A program made the position numbers and the translations under genes. Below are positions 1-12,209 of a stretch of 64,000 bases of DNA, piece after piece. A model generated the notes under the pieces. It had not been told where the DNA came from, searched no databases, and saw only the letters and a list, made by a program, of their open reading frames with translations. Source of the DNA: Macrostomum lignano. Taxonomy: Eukaryota. Position 1 is the stretch's first letter, and each line of letters opens with the position of its first letter. The stretch is taken from contig NIVC01001205.1 of assembly GCA_002269645.1 (NCBI GenBank), positions 62,001 through 126,000 of the forward strand. Reading direction: 5' to 3'.

Positions 1-618
1 ATTCATACATATTAGGGAATACAGAGGGAATTGCAGAGATTTTTAGGCTCACAGGGGGAATTGCTGAGATGCCAAGACTCACAAAGGGAATCGCAGAGAT
101 GTTAAGGCTTACAGGGGGAATTACTGAGATGTCAAGGCTTACAGGGGGAATTACTGAGGTATCAAGGCTTACAGGGGGAATTACTGAGATGTCAAGGCTT
201 ACAGGGGCAATTACTGAGGTGTCAAGGCTCACAGGGAGAATTGCTGAGATGGCAAGGCTCATATAGGGAGAATTGCTGAGATGGCAAGGCTCATATAGGG
301 AGAATTGCTGAGATGGCAAGGCTCATATAGGGAGAATTGCTGAGATGGCAAGGCTCATATAGGGAGAATTGCTGAGATGGCAAGGCTCATATAGGGAGAA
401 TTGCTGAGATGTCAAGGCTAAGGTCAGAAGCTGCGACATGTAGTTTATTAAAAAATTGTTTTTCATTCTTTGTTAGCTACTATATAATAGTTCTAAAACT
501 TTAATAAATTCCAATTAATGCGTTGTGCATACATATGGAAGGTGCAATGCCCTTGTGGGATGTCTTGTGAAGGTTTGATGACCTGGGAAGGGACGATGTC
601 CTCAGGGGGACAAACTAG
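1..618 (+). mobile_element. 3' part of a non-autonomous Helitron (same family as 47547-49537)
   Basis: Ends with hairpin GTCC-tcaggg-GGAC, then aaaCTAG|T (615-618), the canonical Helitron 3' end. The internal GAGATGTCAAGGCT repeats and the 'aaggtcagaagct..acatgtagtttattaaaaa' segment recur at 48550-49500. Confidence 0.6.
20..420. repeat. 30/32-bp minisatellite (GGGGGAATTACTGAGATGTCAAGGCTTACA-like)
   Basis: About 13 visible tandem units; it explains the repetitive ORF 69..266. Confidence 0.9.
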
Positions 619-698
619 TCTCTAATAATAGTCTCTATAAACTAGTCTCTAATTCAGGTCCGCACTCATATATGTTTCCTGGAAACTGGAAAACTCAC

Positions 699-925
699 CT
701 GACAAACTCCAGCAGGAGAGAAGTCAAATCCCAGTCGGACCTGATAGTCCCATTGGGGCAGCCCGGAAGCTGAGAAGTAGACCAGTCGGTGTTCAGCAGC
801 GTCAGGCACCAGCCAGTCAAGTCCTGGCAAGTCGCTGATTGCACAGGCGCTGCGCCAGAGCACCGCCGAGCCAGACGGAGGCCTGTAGGTCCAGCGCCAT
901 TGCAGATCGGCCTGCATGGTGCAGT
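699..925 (-). CDS. Possible isolated internal exon of an unknown gene
   Basis: Bounded by TTCTCTGCAG acceptor and CAG|GTGAG donor. Open frame reads DCTMQADLQWRWTYRPP...GVCQ. No domain recognised. Confidence 0.3.
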
Positions 926-1322
926 CTGCAGAGAATTCAATACGAGAGCCTACAGTAGCTTTCTTCTGCACTTGTGGCATCGGCTGTGAGAGCAGTCAGT
1001 TTTGTTTTAACTGGATTATAGCAGAAGGCAAGTGTACTTCGAGAACGGTTACTGTACACAGTTTTAGAGGGGTGTGTACTCCTCTATTTGTAGTGGCTGA
1101 GGGTAGAGAGAAAGGTACAATAGAGAGTCTAGAGATGCCAAACAGCTGGGAGTGAGCTGCAGCAGCTCTTACTTTTCTCTGCCCATACTGTGTTCATCCA
1201 AGGAGAACTACGTGTAGGACCTGTGATAGCAATTAACTTCTATTTAGTAGTCCCTGATCCTAGCATGCAGTGTTACCTAGCTACAACTTCATATACATAT
1301 ACGGTACAGGTAGCTATTGCTT

Positions 1323-1503
1323 GCACTGGGCGCCCCTGGTGCTGGCGCCCCCTGGTGCTGGCGCCCCCCTGGTGCTGGCGCCCCCTGGTGCTGGCGCCCC
1401 CTGGTGCTGGCGCCCCCTGGTGCTGGCGCCCCCTGGTGCTGGCGCCCCCCTGGTGCTGGCGCCCCCTGATGCTGGCGCCCCCCCCCTGGTACTGGCGCCC
1501 CCT
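1323..1503. repeat. GC-rich 16-17-bp minisatellite CTGGTGCTGGCGCCCC(C)
   Basis: About 11 tandem units. Confidence 0.9.
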
Positions 1504-3534
1504 CTCGCTAAAGTTACGTGACTAGCTAAACGTTAACATAATAGTTTGGTTTAACCAATTCTGATACGCTCTGGTGTCATTTTGGACTTAAGTAATATCT
1601 TCGCATTTAAAGTAAGTTGAACACACTATTGGCAACAATAGGCTATGGAGCTAGTGCTGACAGAAGCTACTAAAACATAGGATCTGCTTGATGGATTGAA
1701 TGGATTTCGGGCTTCGTTTATACGGAGCCAGCCAATTTTATTCAACAATGAACTCTGCCTCTGCCTTCAATATTCGTAATTGCAGCTTCCATCCTGCAAA
1801 AAAGTTCTTTTTTAACGGATGCTTAAAATTGATAAATCTTTAAAAAATTGCGATAAACAAAATTACGCTTAGAAAACTGACATCCTACTTTATCTTTTTT
1901 TGCACGACTTGCAGTATTAAAATAAAAAAACTAGCTTTACTAGCTATAAAGCTCTACCTTAACTTTTTTCTTAAAAAGTCGTTTCGTCTGACGGCAGACG
2001 AAATGACCACGCACCGGCCTATCGCCTAGATACCCTAAGGGCCTAACCCCTAACCCAAAATAAGCCTATCTAAACTAGATAGATTACTAGATCTTACTTT
2101 TCAAGCTATCTAGAGGCTTTGAAAGAGTTCTAGTTTGTTTTATAGCTTTTAGTACAAAAGAACAAATCAAAAGTTTTTATTAAACTTGTTCATTTCAATA
2201 AAAATAAAAGGCTAAAAAGGGTAAGTTTACACCTCATTAATTTACTTGTTTTTATAATTTATAATTTTATTTCAATAAACATTAATACCATCATGGTATC
2301 AATGTTAAGTAGATATTATAAATCTTACATCATAATAAATATTCCATCAAAAGTATAGTCCAGACTTCAAGACTTTATTAGTGAGTTTTTGAAAGTTTTA
2401 TAGTAGACCTAACTTTTTATTTTATTTTAATAAAATAATATATCATTTTGACTCATTCACTAGAATACAAATGTAGGGGCCTAAAAGTTCTCAAAGTTGC
2501 TAATGAAAAATTCTACAATAATTCTATTGCTGTGACCAGGGCAGTTGTAAACAAGACTAAGTTATAGGCCTAATTATATCAAACTTGGCAATTTTTCTAT
2601 TTTGGGTATTAAATCCTACCACTAGTGAGGTGGGGGTAAAGAAGTTTTCTTGGAAATTGGTTGGTTTTTTTTGAAATTTGCTGGCACCAGTGAGGTAGGG
2701 CAGATTCCTCGTTTGAATTACTGCCAACATTAGGTTCGCACAAATGAAGCTGGAAATCGCGCAGATGAATCACAACAAAATTTCTTCTCTTGTTTTACTC
2801 TGACAGCCAGGTTCTCGTAATCATAGCAGAGCGGTCATTAGCGGCGCAGTCATTCAAAGCGATGAAACATTGGAGATTTCTGGCTCGATAAATTAATGCG
2901 TCAATTTGTTGAGCTAGTTACTTTTTTAGTAGGGTAGTTGCTGCCACCACTGTAATTTACGTATTACGGAACGAATGAGTCTCAGAGCTTTCTTTGAGAT
3001 AAGATCTTTGGTTATTATACGCCCTACAAGCAAATGACTCAAGAAATACTACATGGCTTTGGAGTAGTGAACAAATATTAGTTAATGAAGTTTATTAAAG
3101 TTTATTAAGCAGGCTGAATATTAAAGATAAATATGACTCGACACTACTTAGATAAGACGGAGAAGGCAACTAAATGAAACAAACTAAAACAACTAGATAA
3201 CTAACAATAGAGACAACCAGAAAACTCAAGTAGCAAGTTAAACACATGAAACGGGTATAATCAAATCCCGCAACGGGAGTGATGTCATTCCAAAATTTGG
3301 GAAACACAGCATACACCATGCTCATGCAAAAATATTCCAAATGTCAAGTTCAAGTTTATACGTGGCAACTCACCTGCTACATTAGTAGCATATTCAAGAA
3401 AGGCTAAATTTATAGAACTTAATTGTAATCCCAATGCTAATACCATCAATTTTAAATAGTCTTAACTTATATAAAGTTATTTCTTAATGTGTGCGCAAAT
3501 ATATTGTTACTTATTACTAACAAGCCATAGTTAG

Positions 3535-4320
3535 GAAAGTGGAAGTGGCATATGTACACGCTGGAATTAAATTCGGAAAAGGCCATATTACGGAAAGTTT
3601 TCTATGTATGCCGGACACATTTTCATTGAATTTTTAGTTGTACGCCAACAAATAAACAGAATTTTAAATGTATGCAAGCTTTCTTAATCCATAGTCCGGA
3701 TCATGGCAGGGAGTATGCCAAACTAAAACTTGATAGATCCACAGTTTGTACGCCAATGTACGCCAAATTTTTTGCCTTCCCTAACTGTATGCCACTTACA
3801 GGTACAAATTTCCTACTTCAAAACTATTCAATAAAAAGTTGAATAGTTTCCAACTCCAAGATACCAATAGTACACTATATACTATAATTATTATATTATA
3901 TTATATTATATTTTATTACTATATTATTCTATAGAACAATAGATAGGAATATATTTTGTTAAAGTGAATGCATTTCTAACATAAATTCCATTTTTAAATT
4001 ATTGTGCAAATTCCTAAAAAATACCAATGTTTATGTACATTACATTGCAATTGCAACAGCAACACCATATTGCGTATGGTTCTTCTTGTATGCTAGAAGC
4101 ATTTTCTGGAAATTTCGAAGTGTACGCCAGCCTACCAACGAAGTGTATGTCAGCCTACCAACTGTGCGCCAACACCAGGCTAATGTGCTACCGCTTTTGT
4201 CAAGCTAATTTAAGTGAATTTTTATACAGAACCTATTTTATTCACTATGTTCCTACTGGTATGTACGCTGGCTTTGCTCAACAAAGCCGCACAGGCATAT
4301 GAAAACAATGGAATCCAGTT
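3535..4320. repeat. Dispersed GTAYGCCA-motif repeat, probably a non-autonomous DNA transposon
   Basis: About ten scattered GTAYGCCA-like motifs in AT-rich DNA. No clean TIR or TSD found. Confidence 0.35.
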
Positions 4321-4327
4321 AAAGTAG

Positions 4328-5490
4328 TCATGCACATGATCGGCCAGGTCCTTCAGTTGCCGCCAATGAAACAGCAGCTTGACAGCTGGTCCAGTCACTT
4401 GTTGACAACCTTGCTAGTTGAATACTTTTTGTCCTTGAAGCATCCTCAAAGAATAGGTGGAAGTGGAGCCGAATTCCGCGTGTAGTGTCCCCCTTATAAT
4501 AAAGCTTCGCTGCAATATCGAGGAACCGCTCGAGAGCATTGCTGCCAACTGGGGGCAGCATCCAACTGGGTTCGCAGCTTGGCCCAAAGCTGCAACGTGC
4601 TAAATGACTGAGGCCCCTGCTGCTGCTGCGACCGCATGGTTGCATAGAATGACTCTACAATGGCCTCTATAAATTTGGGGATGCAAAAGTACTTGGATAT
4701 GAATGCCTACTTCAAATGTACGTACAAGATGCTGTACTGAACTAGATACTGTACCAGATACAAGTACCATGTTACTGGGTGTAACCTTTGAGCTAAAACT
4801 GCATGCATGCATAAATATAATGCACATACTCATTAAGTTACTGGTACAATGTGTTAGACTTAGCTATAATTGGCTTATACTTTGTAAATAATTTGTTACC
4901 CTGAACAGTTTAATATACAAGGTAAATTGGATTACCAGTCCCATCGCGGTTGAGCGCAAAATCCAACAGATCGCAGGTTTGCTGTCCAGCCCGCTAAAAG
5001 ATGCTCGAAGTCGAGTAAAATGCGCGTAGAATGCAGCTTTGTCCATGGTACACTCCACCTGACCAGTGGCAGTTGCACAGGTTAGCCGAAGAGATATGTC
5101 GGCGGGACCGCGTGGTGGAGCCAGAGAAATTTCGTCAATAGGCCCTTCAATGACGGGGTTCAACCAGCCATCTCGACCTTCGCCAGACAAAATTACATGC
5201 TGGATTGTGTCCATATAGGAAGCAACATACTTCCGGCTGACACGTGGGTCAAGGTCAGCAAGATGCGGAAACTTTGCCGCTGCTTTGACGCAGCGGGGCC
5301 TGACTGGTCAGGCCTGACTGGCCTGACTGGTCAGACTGGTCAGGGCTCTATCAGCTTTATGTACATAACACTGGCCTGTTCACACGCTCCTTCGAATAAA
5401 CTTTTTCTTGACCACATCATGGAGCTGAGATCCGCAGCTTTCATTTGAATCAAGTTACAATTGAAACGGACTGAAATTATGTCCACTAGA
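4328..5490 (-). pseudogene. Degenerate, probably spliced ORF of unknown function downstream of the PWWP exon
   Basis: Protein-like frames 4864..5214 and 4328..4645. The upstream frame MSSSGHNF... is interrupted by TAA/TGA stops. Confidence 0.35.
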
Positions 5491-5579
5491 AGACATCGTA
5501 GCAAGGGTTCCGGAAGTTTTGACGGACAGCATAGATAAGCGTAGTATAGTATAAGCATTCACATTGCAGCTTTACAAGA

Positions 5580-5945
5580 TTACATTTTTGATAGTACAGT
5601 TTCTAGGCGGTAGTCAAGTCCCAATTTGCTGGCCTCTGCCATGCGTTGATAAGCTTGGTAGAGCTGTTTAGAAGCATTTTTTGGAGCCGCCTCTGTTCCG
5701 CTGGCGAACTGCCACTGGTGTAGCCACGCGCTAGAAGGAGGCTCATCGAAAAATTGCACGTGAATTTTCTTCGAGCAGAAGCCCTTGGTGCAGTTTGTTC
5801 CGCGCCGGGGTAGGCAAACCATCGCCGGCCACCAGTTTTCTCCATCTGTTGGCCAGTAACCTAGTACAAGCGATCCAGGTTGAATTTTCTGACGCTTGGC
5901 TGCACTATCGGCTGGAGCTCGAGCTGGCGGTCGCTTTCTAGCTAG
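5580..5945 (-). CDS. PWWP-domain exon (probable C-terminus of the recombinase gene)
   Basis: Extending ORF 5580..5822 upstream gives KIQPGSLVLGYWPTDGENWWPAMVCLP...KIHVQFFDEPPSSAWL. This matches the PWWP pattern (G-x-L-V-x-G/A, xWWPA-x-V, V-x-FF, S-x-AW). Confidence 0.7.
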   Translation of the reverse strand, partial: LARKRPPARAPADSAAKRQKIQPGSLVLGYWPTDGENWWPAMVCLPRRGTNCTKGFCSKKIHVQFFDEPPSSAWLHQWQFASGTEAAPKNASKQLYQAYQRMAEASKLGLDYRLETVLSKM

Positions 5946-6175
5946 GCGATATAATACTCATAATGATGTAAACTACATTCGTACATTGGTGCAAGGGTTC
6001 AAATGCGCAGCTTTAATGACTGAACCTATGTTATATGCAGCTATTCGGTGTATTGAATTTAGTTTTTATTCAGGATTATTTAGTTGCTAAGGCATCCAAT
6101 TTTACGCTTAAAATGTCATTTTTGTCGTTTCAGAAGTCTTCTGTGACAATTATTTAGCAAATTTAGCAATTTTAC

Positions 6176-7564
6176 CTGGTAAAATTGGCGCTGCACACCT
6201 TCGGTATGATTCTGGTGGTCAGCCATGAGCCGCTGTTCCTCCGCAGAGCAGTTTGACAGGCCCATGACTTCCAACCATTGCCGAAACTTTGAAACGGTAA
6301 CGTTCCTGAGCAGAGTAGAATATCTTTCTCGATATTGATAGAAGTCTATCAAAATACCTGTAAGGAAACACGAGCGCCAGGTCATCGTCCTTTGGACGCT
6401 CAGCGAAGCGCTGGGCCAGCAGTTGCATGAGCAGGTCGCAGCAGGGTCGACGCTAGCCCAGGCCGACCCATGCTTGGCGTTGGACTTGTGACTTTGCACC
6501 TTTAACGGCTCGTTAGGTGCTTTGAGCCAGCGCCGGGCCTCAGAGATGAGGCAGGTCGAGGCTACGCCTTGGCGGTTGGCATTTCCATCACCAAAACAGA
6601 TAACCATGCCAACGGCAAGGTATGTCACCGTCCTGTGCGGATGGAATTAGAGGTATTTATTTATTTAGAGGTAATTTTCTGAGCTGTCTCAGATTTCTGT
6701 AATTTCTGAGCTAATAAAATTTGCAATGCCATTCTGAATACCAGCGCCATATTTATCCTTGTGCCATTTTTAATGCCAGTGCCATTTTGACTCCCAGTGC
6801 CATATTGAATGCCAGTGCCATTTTGAATCCCAGTGCCATATTTATCCTAGTGCCATTTTAAATGCCAGCGCCATATTTATCCTAGTGCCATTTTGAATGC
6901 CAGCGCCATATTTATCCTAGTGCCATTTTGAATCCCAGTGCCATATTGAATGCCAGTGTCATTTTGAATCCCAGTGCCATATTGAATGCCAGTGTCATTT
7001 TGAATGCTAGGATATTTATCCTAGTGCCATTTTGAATGCCAGCGCCATACTTATCCTAGTGCCATTTTGAATGCCAGTGTCATATTAAGCGCGATAAAAC
7101 TTTTATAACTCGACATAAAAAGCATTGGGAAAAATTTAACTTACCTGTTCTTGGTTGATCTCCCTTCTGCCAGCACAGCGTCTTTTATCTGAAAGACTGC
7201 TGTAATCTGCTCGCCCTTGAGCAGCTCTTCCTCTCGGCGGTCAACAAGCTTCACGTAATATTCGGCCTTCGGCCCCATTGAACTTGCAGTCCAATTTTTT
7301 TGTGGACTGCCTGTTAGAGGTCAGCTGTTGGTGCATCCCACCGTCTACGATCTGCTGGAAACGGCGGGTAATTAAAAAATTACCGACTTTTTCAAGCGCA
7401 AACACGGTTTGTTTTAGAATCGAGTAGGACAAACTGTCCAAGTACTCGCTGATTTTATCGCGCAGATCTTCGCTTATCAGCTGATTGAAGCTCGTGATGT
7501 CTAGACGCTGCATTAGGCGTTTTAAGTAGCAGCGTGATAAACAAAAAAATCGTTGGGTACGCAT
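6176..7564 (-). CDS. Crypton-like tyrosine recombinase (exons ~7564-7146 and 6632-6176; frameshifted)
   Basis: Box I Arg in NANRQGV, Lys in SHKSNAKHGSA, K-x-R in VSKFRQW, and LMADHQNHTEGVQRQFYQ with His and catalytic Tyr. The intron AG|GTAA...GCACAG|G joins the exons in frame (KNR/TVTYL). Frameshifts occur at the A7 run (~7295) and as a compensating pair at ~6440/6330. Confidence 0.75.
6735..7085. repeat. Intronic minisatellite (CCAGTGCCATTTTGAAT-type units)
   Basis: Tandem degenerate units inside the recombinase intron. Confidence 0.85.
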
Positions 7565-7631
7565 GGAAATTTTGCCTTCGTCGCGGGTCTTGGTAGGCGG
7601 TATTTTTTCTACTTTAGAGAATCTTTTGAAT

Positions 7632-8105
7632 TTATGCAGGTGTACTACAGTAGGTCGTTATTATAGCTGTTGCTAGTTCCTTGGCCGTCATACTGTCCAT
7701 GATCTCCTTTGTAAGTTGGATCTTTGGTAATGTTGTTCCGGCGTAAATTTCCTTAGATATTGGCGCTGCACAAGTTATGCAATGCTTATAGTCGCGGCAC
7801 CGAATTTTTAGGGCACAATCTCGGCAGACCCAGTGCCCGTTGGCGCACATCCGTTGTTGCGGTGTTGTATTGCATACCTGGCACAGGGTAGGTGGTGCGC
7901 GGCATAGCGGGCATTTGTCTATTCTATCCGTTGTGCAGCAGTTATAGCAGAACTTATGCCCATGCTGACAGTAGACATACTGTTCAGCGTCTTCATAACA
8001 AACAATGCACTCGTCGCTATCCATGTCTGAAAAATGGTCAATGTGATAAGTAATATCTGTGCAAGAATGGTTGCAATATCTGTGGGTGCATGGTATTTTA
8101 ATCAA
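7632..8105 (-). CDS. Intronless protein with two tandem RING-type (C3HC4-like) fingers
   Basis: CIVC..CQHGHKFCYNC..CPLC followed by CQVC..CANGHWVCRDC..CITC. Confidence 0.75.
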   Translation of the reverse strand: MIKIPCTHRYCNHSCTDITYHIDHFSDMDSDECIVCYEDAEQYVYCQHGHKFCYNCCTTDRIDKCPLCRAPPTLCQVCNTTPQQRMCANGHWVCRDCALKIRCRDYKHCITCAAPISKEIYAGTTLPKIQLTKEIMDSMTAKELATAIITTYCSTPA

Positions 8106-8748
8106 TTTCTAAAGCGGAACTATTATAGTCATATGATTCTTGGGGTGGTAATATATAAGACAAGTCCTCATTATGCAGAATGAGTGCAGGTAGAGTTGTA
8201 CAGAGGATGAGGCATGGGTGAAAATTCATATCGTTAACAATTTTAAACAGCTTATGTTCAATTTCTTGTGGAGATAATTGCCGGAGTCTAGAACCGTAGG
8301 AAGAGGAATAGCGAACGAGGTATTTACGTGTTTTATGAGCAACACGTGGTATGGGCCATGATCTGAGGCGGATAATTATAGCATGTGTTGAAAAAAGAGC
8401 ATAAGTGAATGGGTGAAGCTGTAGGTTATAGTCTGCTTGAATGCATGCAAGTGTGTTGTTAACTTTAGGTAAATGGGTGGCATCGCATATAGGACACTGA
8501 CAAATGGAGCGATAAGCAAGCTTCTTAATACATTGTGTGCACATAAAATGTTGATTTAAGCAATATTGTTCAGTGCGCCAGGAGTTGCATATCATGCATT
8601 GACGGAGATTACCTCGACACATATGGCAATTTTTTAAAGGTTTTTTGTAATGTGCAAGGCTTAAGCAAGAACCACACACCTGGTGTCTATTGACACATAT
8701 ACAAGGTAGTTTACATTAAAATTCTCCGAGACAGATAGGACAATCCAT
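8098..8748 (-). pseudogene. Second double-RING protein, paralogous to 7632..8105, with one in-frame TAA
   Basis: ATG at 8748: MDCPICLGEF*CKLPCICVNRHQVCGSC..CHMC, then CMIC..CLNQHFMCTQC..CPIC. The TAA is at 8716-8718. Confidence 0.7.
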
Positions 8749-8879
8749 TGTCGTGTTTGTCGAAGTTGTGTGAGTGTTTGTAGGAAAACAAGGATTTAGT
8801 CGCCTCTTACGACAAGCTTGAGGAAGCTGTAGTGCTATTCTTTATCCCGGTCACTACACGGGGACATGAAGCGAATAAT

Positions 8880-9941
8880 TTAACGAGATCTTAGGTTGTA
8901 CGTATGACCGGCAGGTGGTGCGTTTGTTGTTTGTGTTTCGGCGTGTGCAGTGGCAATGCGTTTATTTGTTGTTTTTGTGTGGTCTGGATTTTGTAGGTCT
9001 GGGAGGAATGTAGTGTCGTTAGTGATACGTTTTAGACGTTGAATGTGAACATAGAACTGAGTTTGATGTGGATCCTGGATATTAGCGAGGCGTGCCGTTG
9101 TTGCCGATACCAATGCCGTTACTCGGAATGGTCCTTTGTATTTAAGTGCGTGTTTATGCGTATGTTGCGCAGGGTAATGTAGGTAAACGATGTCTCCGAC
9201 TTGTAGAGTAGATGTATGATTGCTGGTGGTGACTACTGCCTGTTGATTTTCTAAATTGTGTTTCGCGATTTGCCATGCCAGGTGTGGCTGCGAAGTAAAC
9301 TTTTGTAGTGTTGTTGGCGTTTCCACGTACTGAGAAGGTAATAGTTTTTGAACTAGTAGGCTTGGTGGCTGAAAGTCTCGAGAGAACATAAGCAAAAACG
9401 GTGTGTTCTCTGTTGAACGGTGTACGGCACTGTTGTAGGCCATTGTCACTGACTGCAGGTATATGATCCAATCTTCAGGTTGCTTATAGACGAAATGTGT
9501 CAACATTTCGTGTAGATTTCTATGGAATCGTTCTACGAGGTTAGCTTTTGGATTGTAGGTGGAGGTGAAAATTTGTTGGATATTTAGTAGTTTAGCAGCC
9601 TGTTGGAATAGTTGCGACGTAAATTGTGTACCATTGTCGGAGGTTAGTGTCTTTGGAGTTCCGTATTTGCAGATAATTTCATTGTAGAAGGCCATTGCAA
9701 CTGTAGTGGCTGTAATGTCAGGCAGTGGAATGGCAACAGAAAATTTAGAGAACACGTCTAATGCGGTAAGAATGTAAGTGTAATCGATAGCATGTTGTCG
9801 AGCTGGCGGTAGTGGTCCAGTAATATCAAGTGATACAATGTCTCATGTGGTTGTCTTTGGTACGGATTGAAGTTCTGGTTTTTGTCTTCCAGTCTTTGTT
9901 GAAGCACATGAGTGGCATTGTAGGCAGTACTTGCGCAACAC
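8880..9941 (-). mobile_element. Gypsy/Ginger-type DDE integrase with GPY/F tail, 5'-truncated
   Basis: The same frame upstream of ORF 8880..9755 reads YCLQCHSC..*DIVSLDITGPLP..LTALDVFSKF. Core motifs are TSDNGTQF and NLVERFHR; the tail has VGDIVYL..YKGPFRV..VHIQRLK. TGA at 9843-9845. Confidence 0.85.
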
Positions 9942-9959
9942 TGCATTGGAATCGCAGGA

Positions 9960-11361
9960 GGCGGTGGTGGTGGCGGCGGCGGCGGCATCATCTTGGCTGC
10001 ACCATTATCCACAGCGGCTAGACGAGACGATTGGCGCACATTTACCGACTGGTAATGCTAAGCTTGCCGATTGAAATGTAATCGAGCTGTCGCTCGCGGT
10101 TCCACACCAACTGGGCCTAAGTAAATTCCTTCGAGATTCGAACCAGCGTCCATGTCCTGGTACACAGATCTCAATGCCAAGCAGTCTAGCTGCTGCTGAA
10201 GTTACGTGGTCAGAAATATATTCGCCTTTTCGTTTGGTCTTTTCAGCAAATCGCACCACTCTGCTTCGGAAATGCCAGTGTCGTTCTCTGCGCTGTCGAT
10301 CCAATTCTCCAGCTCAACTGCCAGCGTTTGTCGAAGATTATCTGCGTTCATTTCCAAAGCTGTGCCTTGCAATTGATCCTAGCCGAAAAGAAGCAGTTTC
10401 CATCACATGAGATGCGCTTCAACCAGCAGACCGACAAAGGCACCCATTGTGGGGCACGGCCAACTTGTAGCGTCGCCAGACTCCCTCTGTCCTCTGCGTC
10501 ATCTTCCAGAGTCGCGACACCTTTGAAGTTAAAAGACGTGCACTTTTTTAATTTTCCAAAAAAACCCACACAATCAGCAAAAAGTCCTCTAACGAGATTG
10601 GTTCAAAAATGACGCCGTAAATGTTGATGAAAAAATATTCCTTAAAACGTCAGTCAAACCAAATAAAGGACAACAATGCTACATTGACAAAATAGTATCA
10701 CTATAGTATCACTTGTAGATTCTATATCAGCATTCTTTAAATTTCAAAATCTTGATTTAAAAAACTATGCCACCAATAAAAGACAATAAACTAAGGCAGG
10801 GCTTACCGTCAGTGTGGCAAAAACCTGCTTCTCCGAGTGCAGCAGCAGCTTCGTCCAATTCAGCTTGTTGTCTTGTTAATTCATCTGTAGTAGACACAAA
10901 AACAGGAATTGGGCAGTCTGAAGCACATTAGGGCGATTATACGAAGTTATTAGCTTATGTCTCAAGCATATAGTTTGCAATAGCATTCTAAACTTTATCA
11001 TCCATGTTTTATGAAATCTGAATCTACCTATTCAAGTTCCATAAAAACCTATTTCTCTGTGAAAATTGGCAATGGCAAGGAGTAACACACCACAAGTTTC
11101 GTCACACAATCCACACTCCTGCAGGGCAGCAGCAGCATTGCGCAATTCATAGTCTACAGTCGCATCTTCTTTAACAACATTATCACAACCACCAGAAGCA
11201 GCAGCAGCAACCACGAAATTCTTTACTTCCGACGTAACAGTAGTGACAGTAGGAGTGTTTGTTTCGGCATCGGAAGCAGCAATGGCAGGCTTCTTTTTAG
11301 ACTCGAATGGACGCCCGAAGGTAACGTGCTTAGCCTTCCTTCCAGGTCTTTTCGGCGCCAT
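9960..11361 (-). pseudogene. Spliced OTU-like cysteine protease (deubiquitinase-like) gene, degenerate
   Basis: KRISCDGNCFFSA (OTU Cys box), AAARLLGIEICV and LHFNRQA*HYQSV (His box). Donor GTAAGC at ~10803 and acceptor at ~10589. The N-terminal exons repeat an AAAAL-x-E-x-G-x-C motif. Confidence 0.6.
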
Positions 11362-11947
11362 ACTCCTTAATAATTGTTGAAAGTGTTAAAGTTAAAAATT
11401 ACTAATTCATTTTTATTAACTACATTTTCCTCTTGAATGTAAAAACCTAAATTTTGAATCTAATTTGCATTTTTCATTGCATAAAAATCCCTGAAAATTT
11501 CAAAATTCCAAAAATTTTGCAACAAAAATATTTAATTCTAACAGTAATATAATTTAATATGTTAATTACAATAGCTCTTACAGCTACTTACATACTCCTA
11601 GTGCATATAGTCACAGACAAAGTTTCATAGCTTGTGTATTTAGAAAATATATATTATAAATTATTAAAGCTATAAAAATGTAGACATTGTCTTTTCAGTT
11701 CAAATTAAATGGAAAGCAAACTATTTGTTATTTTTGACAACAAACAACTATCAAGTGGAAGTAGCCTACAGCAGAAATTTCATGATGCCTACCACTGATT
11801 GCCTATTCAATTTGGAACCAAATTATCACATTAGACATAATTGTAGGCATATGTATAGACATAAGCAGTACATATGCACATATTGCTTGGAGATGTGGAG
11901 GTCAGAACACCTGCTTTTGGTGTTCTTTTGAGTCGAAAAAACGAAGT

Positions 11948-11971
11948 TTTTGGTTGCCATGGCAACCAAAA
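11948..11971. promoter_or_regulatory. 24-bp perfect palindrome containing an RFX X-box consensus GTTGCCATGGCAAC
   Basis: TTTTGGTTGCCATGGCAACCAAAA read directly; probably part of a small non-autonomous element. Confidence 0.45.
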
Positions 11972-12154
11972 CGCGTGGCCATTGCAACCAAACACCGCGC
12001 ATCCGATAGCCCTAGGTCTTTGACGCATTTTGGCAAAAACCGTTGGTAAATCGGTCGTACCGTTTTTTTTTATTGGCAGCGTTTAAAAAACGAAAAACGT
12101 AATTTTTAGTGTGTCACATCTGTTGTACATCTTATCAGGGACGATTTCGCAAGT

Positions 12155-12209
12155 GTAAGTACCATAGAAAAAATACTCGCTTCGCTCGCATTTTTCCTAT
12201 GCCACTTAC
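12155..12209. other. Imperfect hairpin with CGCTTCGCTCG loop, possible mobile-element terminus
   Basis: GTAAGTaccATAGaAAAAAT...ATTTTTcCTATgccACTTAC. Confidence 0.4.

Noticed and set aside
1190-1525. WCWRPLVLAPP repeat protein
   Set aside because: Product of the 16-17-bp minisatellite.
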